From assembly GCA_964426545.1 (NCBI GenBank), contig CAYRQP010000001.1, forward strand, positions 144,507 to 208,506: a stretch of 64,000 bases of DNA, read 5' to 3'. The DNA comes from an uncultured bacterium (GTDB taxonomy: Bacteria > Fermentibacterota > Fermentibacteria > Fermentibacterales > JCC-6). A program made the translations under genes and the position numbers. Positions 56,116 through 64,000 of this stretch are shown piece after piece; position 1 is the first letter of the stretch, and each line of letters opens with the position of its first letter. The notes beneath the pieces were generated by a model that ran no database searches, was not told the origin of the DNA, and saw only the letters and a program-made list of their open reading frames with translations.

Positions 56116-57128
56116 AGACCTACCTCGACCATGTATCGGACGAAATCAACCATTCTCGATGCATAACCGAATTCATTGTCGTACCAGGAGAGAATCTTGA
56201 GCAGCCTTGGACCCATCATTTTTGTTACAAGTGAATCGAAGATCGAACTATGCGGATTCCCGATGATGTCGCTCGATACGAGCGGTTCTGTCGAGTATTC
56301 GAGAATGCCTTTCAGATAACTTTCTGCTGCTTTCTTCATCGCTTCATTGACGCTTTCAGGAGTTGCATCTGAATTTAGTTCGCAGACTAGGTCGACAAGA
56401 GAACCATCCTTCACAGGAACCCTGACTGCCATCCCGTCGAGTTTTCCCGCAAGCTGGGGTATTACAAGTCCGACTGCTGCAGCGGCACCGGTTGTCGTCG
56501 GTATTATGTTGACAGCGGCGGCTCTTGCCCTGCGCAAGTCCTTATGAGGTAGGTCCAGAATCTTCTGGTCATTGGTATAGGCATGTATCGTAGTCATTAC
56601 TCCCCGCTTCAGCCCGAATGAATCGTTGATGATTTTCGCTACGGGGGCAAGACAGTTCGTAGTACAGCTGGCAGATGAGAGAATGTTGTGTTTCTGCGGT
56701 CTGTACAATTCATGGTTCACGCCCCAGACTACAGTGAGGTCAGCACCATCTTTGCCTTTTGCAGGGGCACTCAGAAGCACTTTCTTTGCACCGGCACCAA
56801 GGTGTAAAGATGCCTTTTCATGTGTTCTGAAAAAACCCGTAGCTTCTATGACTATCTCGACACCCATCTCTTTCCAGGGAAGTTTGGAAGGGTCGGGCTG
56901 GCTGAGTACTTTAAAACTATCTGCACCGGCTGTAATGACATCACCCTGAATGCTCATCTCACCGGGAAACCGCCCGTGCACGGAGTCATATTTCAAAAGG
57001 TGAGCAAGTGCCTTAGGGTCCGTAAGGTCATTGACTGCAACGATATCTATGTCATCACAGGCAAGAGACTGCCTGTACACAAGTCTTCCGATTCGTCCGA
57101 AACCGTTAATTGCAACTTTCACTGCCAT
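56112..57128 (-). CDS. gap: Type I glyceraldehyde-3-phosphate dehydrogenase
   Basis: 338 aa with NAD-binding INGFGRIGR and active-site SCTTNC. Confidence 0.95.
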   Translation of the reverse strand: MAVKVAINGFGRIGRLVYRQSLACDDIDIVAVNDLTDPKALAHLLKYDSVHGRFPGEMSIQGDVITAGADSFKVLSQPDPSKLPWKEMGVEIVIEATGFFRTHEKASLHLGAGAKKVLLSAPAKGKDGADLTVVWGVNHELYRPQKHNILSSASCTTNCLAPVAKIINDSFGLKRGVMTTIHAYTNDQKILDLPHKDLRRARAAAVNIIPTTTGAAAAVGLVIPQLAGKLDGMAVRVPVKDGSLVDLVCELNSDATPESVNEAMKKAAESYLKGILEYSTEPLVSSDIIGNPHSSIFDSLVTKMMGPRLLKILSWYDNEFGYASRMVDFVRYMVEVGL

Positions 57129-57143
57129 TCGAATCCTCCTAAA

Positions 57144-58181
57144 TCATCCAAAGAAAATTTTAGTTTTTTCGTAATCGTCAGGCGGTATGGTTTTCAGTAT
57201 AACTACCGCTTCTGCAAGGTCGACCGCAACTACTTCAGTACCTCTTTGAGCAGCCATCATTCCGAACTGTTTGTTTTCAGCCATTTCGACGGCTTTCAGA
57301 CCCAGCCTTGTCCCGAGAACCCGGTCGAATGCAGACGGGGAACCCGCCCGCTGAGTATGCCCCAGAACAACATGTCTTGTCTCTATTCCGGTCCTGTCGG
57401 CAATCTCATTCTTCAGAACTTCTCCGACACCTATTCCTGTTCCCAGCTGCACATGCCCGAAAGGGTCTGATTCCGCAGAGTGCATTATGTGCCGCTGTAA
57501 ACCGGGGTCTATTGCGCCTTCAGCGACTGCTACAATAGCATATTTTCGTCCTTCGCTGTAGCGCTTTTTCAACACTTCACACACTTCATCTGTATCGAAT
57601 TCTTCTTCGGGTACCAGGATCAGGTGTGCACCGCCTGCAAGACCCCCGTACAAGGCCATCCAGCCGGCATGCCGTCCCATTACTTCAACAACGATGACTC
57701 TTTCGTGGCTTCGAGCGGTTGTATGGAGCTTCTCTATCGAAGTCATTACATTGTTTATAGCCGTATCATATCCAAAAGTGTAGTCCGTTGCGCTAAGGTC
57801 GTTGTCGATGGTCTTAGGAAGTCCTATCACAGGTACTCCCCGCTCGGTCAGCACCTGTGCCACTCCGAGAGTATCCTCACCGCCACAGGCAATCAGACAG
57901 TCGATCTTCTCTTTCTTCATTGTTTCGATGATCTTCTCGAAACCGTTTTCGACATTTCGGGGATTTGTACGGGAGGAAAAAAGCATTGTTCCGCCCTGCG
58001 GTAGAATCTCGCGCACTGTTTCGATGTCCAGTTTAACGGATGTGTTCTCGATTGCACCCTTCCACCCGCGCAGAAAGCCGGTTACCCGGTGTCCGCCGGA
58101 AGCAGCTCTGAAAACAACTCCCCGGATGACAGCATTGAGACCCGGAGCGTCCCCTCCGCCTGTCAGTATACCAAGATGCAC
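57144..58181 (-). CDS. pfp: 6-phosphofructokinase with pyrophosphate-dependent signature residues
   Basis: 345 aa of PFK-A fold (GGGDAPGLNAVIRG; MGRHAGW). The residues equivalent to E. coli G104/G124 are Asp/Lys (GGEDT; GLPKTIDND). Confidence 0.8.
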   Translation of the reverse strand: MHLGILTGGGDAPGLNAVIRGVVFRAASGGHRVTGFLRGWKGAIENTSVKLDIETVREILPQGGTMLFSSRTNPRNVENGFEKIIETMKKEKIDCLIACGGEDTLGVAQVLTERGVPVIGLPKTIDNDLSATDYTFGYDTAINNVMTSIEKLHTTARSHERVIVVEVMGRHAGWMALYGGLAGGAHLILVPEEEFDTDEVCEVLKKRYSEGRKYAIVAVAEGAIDPGLQRHIMHSAESDPFGHVQLGTGIGVGEVLKNEIADRTGIETRHVVLGHTQRAGSPSAFDRVLGTRLGLKAVEMAENKQFGMMAAQRGTEVVAVDLAEAVVILKTIPPDDYEKTKIFFG

Positions 58182-58213
58182 ACATACCTCCTAATTATTT
58201 GAGTTTCAGTGTA

Positions 58214-58972
58214 TCACTTAAGCAATTTCTTCGCTAACTCCATATAGTCGGGAATCGGGAGTGACTGTCCCCCGTCTGAGAGTGCCTTGTCAGGGTCGGG
58301 GTGAACTTCAAGCATTATTCCGTCTGCACTTGCGGCAAGTCCTGCAAGTGCCAGTGGTTCCAGTATGTCCCGTCTTCCGGCAGCATGGCACGGATCTACA
58401 ATTACGGGATATCCGCCCTTATTACGGGCAAGTGGAACAGCAGAAATGTCCAGCGTATTTCTGGTCCATGTTTCGAATGTCCTGATTCCCCTTTCACAGA
58501 GAATTACTTCATCGTTACCCTCTTTAACAAGATATTCCGCAGCCATCAGCCACTCTTCTATTGTGGCCATAAAACCCCTCTTTAGCAGAACCGGTTTACC
58601 CGTTTTTCCTACTTCTGCAAGAAGCGGGAAGTTGTGCATGTTGCGAGAACCTATCTGAATAATGTCGATGTACTCGATTGCAGTTTCTATCTGGCTTACT
58701 GCCAGGACTTCACTCACGACAGGCAATCCGTATCTTGCTCCTGCAGCCTGCAGGAGTTTCAATCCTTCGACACCAAGCCCCTGAAATGAATACGGTGAGC
58801 TTCTTGGTTTAAAAGCACCACCTCTGAGAATCGAACCCTCTGATTCGGCAACTGCTTTCGCCACTTCCATGAGCATGCTCTCATTCTCTACAGAGCAGGG
58901 ACCCGCTATGATGACGGGAGTACCGCCTCCAATTACGACATTGCCTACTTTAACTGACCTTATTTCCAACAC
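58214..58972 (-). CDS. aroF: 3-deoxy-7-phosphoheptulonate (DAHP) synthase, type I-beta (GTG start)
   Basis: 252 aa closely matching I-beta DAHPS/KDO8PS-like cores ([20 protein letters not shown]; [12 protein letters not shown]; [12 protein letters not shown]; [19 protein letters not shown]). It has no fused regulatory domain. Confidence 0.8.
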   Translation of the reverse strand: MLEIRSVKVGNVVIGGGTPVIIAGPCSVENESMLMEVAKAVAESEGSILRGGAFKPRSSPYSFQGLGVEGLKLLQAAGARYGLPVVSEVLAVSQIETAIEYIDIIQIGSRNMHNFPLLAEVGKTGKPVLLKRGFMATIEEWLMAAEYLVKEGNDEVILCERGIRTFETWTRNTLDISAVPLARNKGGYPVIVDPCHAAGRRDILEPLALAGLAASADGIMLEVHPDPDKALSDGGQSLPIPDYMELAKKLLK

Positions 58973-60645
58973 TACCTCTTCCCAAATTCACCTATGATAA
59001 ATCTAATCAATTCTCTGATGGAACTGTCTGATATGGGACCCGGATTATGTCCGACCGCATTGTCTTCCTGGTCATCGACCCAGTTTGGATCGAAACCACC
59101 ACCTATTTTTCTCATCAGATCAGCCCGGTGATTCAGCAAACGCACAAGTTCTACATCCGAGCGAAGCAATTCGCTTCTGTGGTCGGGTTTGACTTCGCGG
59201 GTACCTACAGATTTTCTGTCTATCTTGCCTGATGGGGTGCGCGGTAGCCCGGCAACTATGAGGATTTTCCTCGGAATCTTATGGTCGTCTATTCTGCCTT
59301 TGAGGAACTCTTTCAGATCTGAAACTCCCAACTCGAATCCGGGGCGAGCAATGACATAGGCCACCGGCATTTCACCTCGCTTCGGATGGTCATCGCCAAC
59401 CACGCACACATCCGCAACCGACGGATGTTTGAGTATGGCAAGTTCGACTTCGAGGGGATAGACTTTCAGCCCAACGGCTTTGATCAGACCGCCGCGTCTT
59501 CCAAGAAATTTTAACGTTCCCTTTTCCTTTTTGAAGATATCTCCGGTATGGTACCAGCCATCACAGAAAGCTTCTTCGGAAAATGCTCTTTCTCCTGCAT
59601 AGGCATCCACCACGGCATCTCCGCTGATCAGCAGTTCTCCACTACCACCGTCATCAGCAGTCCTGCCGTCGCTATCTGCAATCCTCACTGAATAACCATC
59701 AACAATCCTCGTAAAACCATCTGAATCGGACTCTCCCACCAGGGCAACCCCGGCAGTTTCAGTACTTCCCCACACAGGAATCAGATCGACCCCCGTATCA
59801 CTCTGGAATTTCTCTGCGAATTCTCTCGAAACATACATCCCGCCGGCTTCAGCAATTCTCATTCTGCTCATGTCGGTATCTGACCTTCCCCAAAGCCTGA
59901 GTAAACTTATGAATTGCGGGGGAAGCGCCATGAGTGCGGTGACACCTCTCTTCGATATAGTATGAAGTAGATCGCGTGGATATCTCTTCTCAGTCAGCAC
60001 TGTTGTGCCACTGAGATACAATCCTCTCATGAAAAGTTCATGCGGATGACCAAATACACCAAACAGTGAAAGGTGAACATCATTACGTGTCAATCCGAGC
60101 GTAGAGCAGACCCCTGCTGTATTTGCCACTAACTGAGCATGTGTTGTCAATGCAACTTTTGCAACACCTGTGGAACCGGATGTGACATTTAGATACACTA
60201 CTTCATCCGGCTGAACTTCCGGTAAGTCAAGCAAAGCGGGAGGATTGTGGTATATCGAACTTCCAACAACAATTCGCTCCACATCCTTCCACTCTTCGAT
60301 TGGAATGGATGTTCCCTGCTCTGCAACGATGAACCGGTCAGACCACCTGTCGAAGACTCTCTTTCTGTCCTGTTCCGGCCATGCCGTATTCAGGGATACC
60401 ATTCGTGCTCCTAGCATCGAAACAGCTATGAACACACAGGGGAGGAATGCGGAACATGTGAAAACGCCGCCAACCACACTGCCCTCCCTGATGCCTGCAT
60501 CTTTCATGATTGCAGCAATGTTCAGGGATATATTATGCCATTCCTTATAGGTAATCGAGCGCGAATCGTCGTAAATGGCGATCTTCTCAGGATATTCGCC
60601 TACTGCCTGCTGCAGAAGCGAGTGGATTGTTCTCCGGGAGTCCAT
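58972..60645 (-). CDS. AMP-binding (adenylate-forming) enzyme with extra roughly 75-aa C-terminal tail resembling a chorismate-mutase-like helix bundle
   Basis: 557 aa with AMP-binding [13 protein letters not shown]. The canonical C-terminal end ([14 protein letters not shown]) is followed by ...[26 protein letters not shown]...[16 protein letters not shown]. The stop TAG overlaps the GTG start of the DAHP synthase (TAGTG). Confidence 0.7.
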   Translation of the reverse strand: MDSRRTIHSLLQQAVGEYPEKIAIYDDSRSITYKEWHNISLNIAAIMKDAGIREGSVVGGVFTCSAFLPCVFIAVSMLGARMVSLNTAWPEQDRKRVFDRWSDRFIVAEQGTSIPIEEWKDVERIVVGSSIYHNPPALLDLPEVQPDEVVYLNVTSGSTGVAKVALTTHAQLVANTAGVCSTLGLTRNDVHLSLFGVFGHPHELFMRGLYLSGTTVLTEKRYPRDLLHTISKRGVTALMALPPQFISLLRLWGRSDTDMSRMRIAEAGGMYVSREFAEKFQSDTGVDLIPVWGSTETAGVALVGESDSDGFTRIVDGYSVRIADSDGRTADDGGSGELLISGDAVVDAYAGERAFSEEAFCDGWYHTGDIFKKEKGTLKFLGRRGGLIKAVGLKVYPLEVELAILKHPSVADVCVVGDDHPKRGEMPVAYVIARPGFELGVSDLKEFLKGRIDDHKIPRKILIVAGLPRTPSGKIDRKSVGTREVKPDHRSELLRSDVELVRLLNHRADLMRKIGGGFDPNWVDDQEDNAVGHNPGPISDSSIRELIRFIIGEFGKR

Positions 60646-61770
60646 TTATTCTATTTTCTCTCCGCATTCGGGGCAGAATTTTACCCCTGCATCAATATCT
60701 TCATTACACTTGGGACATTTGACAGTCCCGCCCGTTTTTTCACCGCATTCAGGACAGAATTTTGCCCCTGTTGCTACTGGCTTCCTGCAGGCAGGGCATA
60801 CTTCGCCAAGCGGCTTGCCGCATTCGGGGCAAAACTTGCCTTCGGGGATATTCTTCCCGCAGGCAGGACAGGCAACCAATGCTGCACTTCCTCCTCCACC
60901 TCCGGAGTTCCCCCCGGCCATGGTCTTCCCCATCATGTTGGCCATGGTCATTCCCATACCGAGACCTGCACCCATCCCGACTCCGGCTCCGGCCGCTCCG
61001 CCACCGCCTTCACCTTTGGCAGCATCGCCCATTGCTGTAGCCGTCTTAAAGCGCATGTAATCGTCCATGTTGCCAAGTGCTCCCATGCCGCTCCGCTCAT
61101 CGATTCTCTCCTGCACTTCTTCTGGCGGTGTGATTGCCTGAACATAAAAATCGACCATCTGAATTCCATACTTCTCGAAATCCTCATACAGCCGGGCTTT
61201 GGAAAGTGTCCCTATCTCATCATAACTTTGAGGAAGGTCAAATATCGTTTCGAGAGTCTCACCGAGAAGGTCGGCAAGGCGGGAGATTATCATCCCCTTC
61301 AGGAATCCTTCAATCTCATCTGTTGAATATCGTCCTTCGGTACCGACAAGTTTGTTGACGAAAAGTTTACTGTCGATAACTTTCATCGAGAAATTACCAA
61401 AAGCCCGGAGACGCACCATCGACAGTTCCTTGTCACGGAAGATTATAGGCTCTTTTGTACCCCATTTCAGGTCTGTGAATGTCTTCTTGTTTATGTAGTA
61501 GGCTTCAGCACGGAATGGAGAGTCCTTACCCTCGAAGAGTGTGCTTACCATCGTAGCGAGTATAGGGATGTTCTGAGTTGTAAGTGTATGCCTGCCGGGA
61601 CCGAATACATCCATGCATTTCCCGTCACGAAAGAATACTACTTCCTGATTCTCCCGAACGACAAGTTGACTGCCAAGGCGAAATTCTCCCGAACCGCTTT
61701 CAGGAATCCGATGAGCCATCTGTTTTCCCGTTTCATCGAGATATTCGATTATCTGCATCTTCTTAAACAT
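60646..61770 (-). CDS. SPFH (band-7/stomatin-like) domain protein with Gly/Met-rich linker and tandem C-terminal zinc-ribbon repeats (COG4260/YdjI-like)
   Basis: 374 aa with an N-terminal SPFH-like domain, a low-complexity GGGGAAGAGVGMGAGLGMGM linker, and five CPxCG-type repeats (CPACGKNIPEGKFCPECGKPLGEVCPACRKPVATGAKFCPECGEK...KCPKCNEDIDAGVKFCPECGEKIE). Confidence 0.65.
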   Translation of the reverse strand: MFKKMQIIEYLDETGKQMAHRIPESGSGEFRLGSQLVVRENQEVVFFRDGKCMDVFGPGRHTLTTQNIPILATMVSTLFEGKDSPFRAEAYYINKKTFTDLKWGTKEPIIFRDKELSMVRLRAFGNFSMKVIDSKLFVNKLVGTEGRYSTDEIEGFLKGMIISRLADLLGETLETIFDLPQSYDEIGTLSKARLYEDFEKYGIQMVDFYVQAITPPEEVQERIDERSGMGALGNMDDYMRFKTATAMGDAAKGEGGGGAAGAGVGMGAGLGMGMTMANMMGKTMAGGNSGGGGGSAALVACPACGKNIPEGKFCPECGKPLGEVCPACRKPVATGAKFCPECGEKTGGTVKCPKCNEDIDAGVKFCPECGEKIE

Positions 61771-61784
61771 TATTAACTACCTCA

Positions 61785-62303
61785 CTAATCTATCGGCTTG
61801 TTATTTTCAAGGTCCGTCATCAATGCACTTCTACCCGCTACTTTCGAACTCAGTCCATCGAGAAGTCCGATGATGATATCGACCTTGTCAGGTATTTCTG
61901 CTGTCTCCGCATTCTTCATGTCCGTGAAAGCATCCTCGAGGTCTTCCACATCTACTTTGAGATCAACGTCGAACTCATAGAGTTTATCCAGTTCGCTTTC
62001 CCTTACCTTGTGCATGTCGAACCAGCCACTATATCCCCTATCGGCAAAACGAATCTGATCCTGTACTTTTTCAAGTTTCTTGATAAGACTGTCCAGACCG
62101 CCGGCGAGTGTAAATGCATCGGGACCCTTAAGTCTCGAAGCCAGATTGTTCACGGTTTTCCGGAGTTCGTCAAGCCTGTTGACCAGCATCATTCTGAATA
62201 GCTGATCATTGTCACGGCGTTCTTCTTTTCCCTTATAGCCTCTATAGCCCGGGATTATCCGGATTGCCTTCTCAAGGAATCCGAGTTTTCTTTTTTCTGT
62301 CAT
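61785..62303 (-). CDS. Hypothetical coiled-coil protein, co-oriented immediately upstream of the SPFH/zinc-ribbon gene
   Basis: 172 aa, charged and helical, with no recognisable catalytic motif. A 15-nt gap separates it from the next gene. Confidence 0.4.
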   Translation of the reverse strand: MTEKRKLGFLEKAIRIIPGYRGYKGKEERRDNDQLFRMMLVNRLDELRKTVNNLASRLKGPDAFTLAGGLDSLIKKLEKVQDQIRFADRGYSGWFDMHKVRESELDKLYEFDVDLKVDVEDLEDAFTDMKNAETAEIPDKVDIIIGLLDGLSSKVAGRSALMTDLENNKPID

Positions 62304-62391
62304 AATCTCCTCCTGATAAATGACTGTACTATATGAATTAGTTTCTTAACATAATAGAATAACAAAGGATAACTTCACGTCAACTCCACTT

Positions 62392-63387
62392 TCATTGCGA
62401 CGCTCTCCGTTTGTTTGCAAGGTGTTCAGAATAGGTTCTCGAGAAATAATGAGTACCGCTCCCGTCCCCTTTACTCACGAAATAAAGGTAAACCTCAAGT
62501 GTGTCGGGATTCAATGCAGAATTGATGGAGAGTTCCCCAGGCGAACAGATCGGACCGGGCGGAAGACCGGCATGAAGATATGTGTTGTACGGACTTTCCA
62601 CTTCGATATCCCGGTATGTAAGATATTCGCGGACCTCTCCGAGAGCATACTGCACAGTGGCGCAGCTTTCAAATCTCATCCCCCGCCTGAGTCTGCTGAT
62701 AAACACCCCTGCAATGACAGGATACTCCTCGTCAGCCATCGCTTCGCGTTCAACGATAGATGCCAGAATAATCGTCTCATAGGGTGTAAGTCCGGTTTCC
62801 TCCATAAGTTCGGCAGCGTTCTCCGTGAACTTCTGTAGTCCGGTTTGAACTATTCTCGAAATCACGGCGGACGGACTCAACGAGTCAGCAAACTCATAGG
62901 TTTCAGGATACAGATATCCCTCGAGTGAGACAATCCCGAGTTCTTCGAGAAACACTGAATCAAACGCCAAACTATCCAGCACTTCCCGTTCTATATCGAG
63001 AGAAGATGATATTGCCGACAGTGACTGCTCCTGCACAAGCCCCGGTGCAAGCGTCACCCAACTGGTGGCAACGGGAATAACTTCCCCCCGCGCTATAGTC
63101 ATCATGATACTGTCCGGAAGCATCGAATCGTTCAAAAGATATTCACCGGCCTGCAACGGGGCTGAATCCTGTATGGCAGAGTATTTCCAGAGAAAATAGA
63201 ATTCACTCCTAATCATGCCGGAATCTGCCAAAGCTCCGGCAATCTGCTTCGCACCCCACCCGCTCTTCACTTCGAATACACACTCTTTACCCTGTCCGGG
63301 CGGATAACTGCACCATCTCGAGTAAAGTGACATAGCCAGCATAAGAAGCAGCACACCGGCGACTACATAAACAGCTGTGCGTTTCAT
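62392..63387 (-). CDS. mltG: Endolytic murein transglycosylase MltG (YceG-like)
   Basis: 331 aa with an N-terminal TM anchor and a YceG-like domain (…GEYLL…; C-terminal lytic transglycosylase core). Confidence 0.85.
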   Translation of the reverse strand: MKRTAVYVVAGVLLLMLAMSLYSRWCSYPPGQGKECVFEVKSGWGAKQIAGALADSGMIRSEFYFLWKYSAIQDSAPLQAGEYLLNDSMLPDSIMMTIARGEVIPVATSWVTLAPGLVQEQSLSAISSSLDIEREVLDSLAFDSVFLEELGIVSLEGYLYPETYEFADSLSPSAVISRIVQTGLQKFTENAAELMEETGLTPYETIILASIVEREAMADEEYPVIAGVFISRLRRGMRFESCATVQYALGEVREYLTYRDIEVESPYNTYLHAGLPPGPICSPGELSINSALNPDTLEVYLYFVSKGDGSGTHYFSRTYSEHLANKRRASQ

Positions 63388-63767
63388 GCTAAACCCAAAT
63401 AGCGTTTGAGAATGATAACAGCAGCAATCGAATCCATTTTCCCATCGCGTCTTTTATTCTTCCGCAAGGCCTGTGCTTCCACTGTAGTGCCCGTTTCACG
63501 AACAAGTTCGACTATGTGTCCCTCATTTCTAAGGTAATCAGCCAGCTCCTCAACTTCGCAGCTTAGTTCAGTCTCTTTGCCGCCCGCAGTCAGGGGAAGT
63601 CCAAGAACAACTGTGGATGTTCCGTGTTCGTTGATAATACTGTGAATCCTGCTATCGATCTTCTTCCAGGTTGTATCCGAAAGGGGTTCTAAAGGCATAA
63701 CTACACCTGAAATGGATATGGCAAATCCCGTGCGCTTTCGACCGTAGTCAATTCCGATATAAACCAT
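63384..63767 (-). CDS. ruvX: Putative pre-16S rRNA nuclease / Holliday junction resolvase-like YqgF (RuvX)
   Basis: 127 aa starting MVYIGIDYGRKRTGFAIS, with the RNase H-like YqgF signature. Overlaps the mltG start by 4 nt. Confidence 0.85.
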   Translation of the reverse strand: MVYIGIDYGRKRTGFAISISGVVMPLEPLSDTTWKKIDSRIHSIINEHGTSTVVLGLPLTAGGKETELSCEVEELADYLRNEGHIVELVRETGTTVEAQALRKNKRRDGKMDSIAAVIILKRYLGLA

Positions 63768-63840
63768 GCCCGAATATAAGACGATAAATGCTGCAAGACA
63801 CCTTTAACACAAACGGTGCCTGGCACTTTTCTCCGGAGAT

Positions 63841-63897
63841 AATTAGGGACACCATAGAAAAGCCGCCTGTCACCATTTCTATAGTGTCCCTAATTTA
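63841..63897. terminator. 20-bp-stem hairpin AATTAGGGACACCATAGAAA ... TTTCTATAGTGTCCCTAATT immediately downstream of a minus-strand CDS
   Basis: Seen directly, with one G-U position and a 16-nt loop. It shares the GGGACAC arm core with the other repeats. No strong U-tract follows, so terminator function is inferred from position only. Confidence 0.4.
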
Positions 63898-64000
63898 TCA
63901 ACGAAGTAGTGTCACCTGCTCGACGTAATCGATTCCGGGAGCTTCGAGATGCAGGAAGTACGTGCCCGCTGCAAGTTCTCTGCCTGAATCATCGATTCCG
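63898..64000 (-). CDS. C-terminal fragment of a protein with T9SS-type sorting domain (gene continues beyond the window)
   Basis: The minus-strand translation ends ...IDDSGRELAAGTYFLHLEAPGIDYVEQVTLLR, similar to the C-termini of the M14 peptidase and GH85 proteins in this window. Confidence 0.45.
   Translation of the reverse strand, partial: GIDDSGRELAAGTYFLHLEAPGIDYVEQVTLLR

Noticed and set aside
60880-61020. GC-rich tandemly repetitive DNA (…GGCTCCGGCCGCTCCGCCACCGCC…) as a possible CRISPR or satellite repeat
   Set aside because: It lies inside the SPFH gene and encodes the Gly/Ala/Met-rich linker in frame. The repeats have no regular spacing and no unique spacers. No CRISPR-like array exists anywhere in the window.

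Overview
This 64 kb window is a densely coding stretch of bacterial chromosome at about 50% GC, with a lower-GC islet of roughly 42% GC at 25.0-27.0 kb. At least three secreted proteins end in T9SS-type C-terminal sorting domains (CTDs), which points to an FCB-superphylum organism; I cannot name the taxon from sequence alone.

Housekeeping content:
- ychF (partial), glmS with a glmM-like mutase, and tRNA-Thr(CGU)
- leuCD, pepD, pepT, pyrBI
- the yebC-ruvCAB-queH operon
- hutU, cysC, purC, parE-parC
- a glycolytic operon tpiA-pgk-gap-pfk in which the PFK carries the Asp/Lys signature of PPi-dependent enzymes, followed by a type I-beta DAHP synthase
- mltG and ruvX

Most interesting regions:
1. 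Two separate glycan-type loci, each pairing GT-C (GT39/ArnT-like) membrane glycosyltransferases with a cobalamin-binding radical SAM (rSAM) enzyme. Locus A (19.7-25.0 kb) is pyrBI, two tandem GT-C paralogs, a B12-rSAM and a GT2 polyprenyl-phosphate sugar synthase-like gene. Locus B (42.0-50.8 kb) is a Wzx-like flippase, a GT-C, an N-acetyl-sugar amidotransferase, an acyl-CoA ligase, an FGE-like protein with PEGA repeats and a B12-rSAM, with a divergent GH85-like endo-beta-N-acetylglucosaminidase carrying a T9SS CTD.
2. A roughly 1.9 kb low-GC islet between the GT2 gene and queH. It is bounded by copies of a 9-5-9 palindrome (GATAAGTGA-N5-TCACTTATC). It carries orphan ORFs and frame-broken gene fragments.
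3. Two families of hairpin-forming repeats: a GGGGACGGAGGA core, and GGGACA/TGTCCC arms. One GGGACA copy overlaps a start codon and is duplicated upstream.
4. A degenerate 2-hydroxyacid-dehydrogenase homolog, an acyl-AMP ligase with an extra chorismate-mutase-like tail abutting DAHP synthase, and an SPFH/zinc-ribbon protein paired with a coiled-coil protein.

I found no CRISPR array, integrase or transposase.
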